Source of the DNA: Candidatus Obscuribacterales bacterium
Lineage (GTDB): Bacteria > Cyanobacteriota > Vampirovibrionia > Obscuribacterales > Obscuribacteraceae
DNA length: 64,000 nt
Reading direction: 5' to 3'
Assembly (NCBI GenBank): GCA_965228855.1
Contig: CBDDIJ010000005.1
Span: 635,856-699,855, forward strand
The notes under the pieces are model-generated. The model did no database searches. It was not told the DNA's origin and saw only the letters and a program-made list of their open reading frames with translations. The translations under genes and the position numbers were made by a program. Of the stretch, positions 63,721-64,000 are shown one piece after another; position 1 is the stretch's first letter, and each line of letters starts with the position of its first letter.

Positions 63721-64000
63721 ATGACCGCTAGCCTTCAATCGCCGCCTCGGCGCAATTCACAGGTAGTCGCTTTTACTAACAATCGAGTTTCACGTGGTAC
63801 CACCGGCGACTCCATGCCGACGGCACCGGCTTCGATGAATACTCGGGGTACATGGCCAGTCGCATTCACCGACAATACTGTCCCGGTCGAATCCATCCAA
63901 CAACCGACACCGGTAGTAAAACCACATCTGGTGCCACTTGAAGCACCAAGCACCAAGACCCGCAAACAGCCGTTGCTCGCGAAATTCAACCGCGGCATTC
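63721..64000 (+). CDS. hypothetical protein, N-terminal part only (position corresponds to ftsL in dcw clusters)
   Basis: The ATG at 63721, 10 nt after the rsmH stop, opens a frame that stays open to the window edge (MTASLQSPPRRNSQVVAFTNNRV...). No TM helix has appeared yet, so identity is not established. Confidence 0.4.
   Translation, partial: MTASLQSPPRRNSQVVAFTNNRVSRGTTGDSMPTAPASMNTRGTWPVAFTDNTVPVESIQQPTPVVKPHLVPLEAPSTKTRKQPLLAKFNRGI

Overview
This is a 64-kb bacterial chromosomal window of moderate GC. I saw no rRNA, tRNA, CRISPR array, transposase or integrase. About 55% of it (18193-53933, minus strand, 35,547 nt) is three tandem, co-directional, intact giant paralogous genes of 3878, 3883 and about 4085 codons.

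All three giants share one architecture:
- a Sec-type signal peptide (MSKK...W.AVISGSL...A.A);
- a conserved N-domain of about 470 aa;
- about 2300-2600 aa of Cys-free beta-helix-like repeats rich in N/T/S/G/A/V/D, with two nested periodicities;
- a strongly conserved module of about 230 aa that carries two of the very few cysteines;
- more repeats;
- a conserved C-terminal region of about 440 aa with a FecR-like beta segment and an invariant terminal Trp.

I could not see the hallmarks of TpsA/FhaB, autotransporter, RTX or CDI proteins. No dedicated exporter is encoded in the window, so this looks like an undescribed giant secreted-fibre family or system.

The giants are preceded on the same strand by ugd, uxs (the UDP-GlcA to UDP-Xyl route) and an orphan Clp_N-domain protein. 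They end at a bidirectional terminator shared with a convergent Tat-exported PaoABC-like molybdoenzyme operon.

The left flank (1-14 kb) holds:
- a GT-C (PMT/TMTC-like) membrane glycosyltransferase;
- TPR and LRR membrane proteins;
- several small secreted or membrane hypotheticals, including VOC, EF-hand-like and VWA proteins;
- an MFS transporter;
- an acidic 752-aa protein.

The right flank (58-64 kb) is housekeeping: mazG, a second small MazG-like gene, an ftsQ-like gene coupled to a long dapF variant, a zinc-ribbon membrane protein, rsmH, and the start of an ftsL-position gene.

Internal domain coordinates were obtained by hand back-translation and are approximate (about +/-30 nt). All family assignments rest on motif recognition by eye, not on searches.
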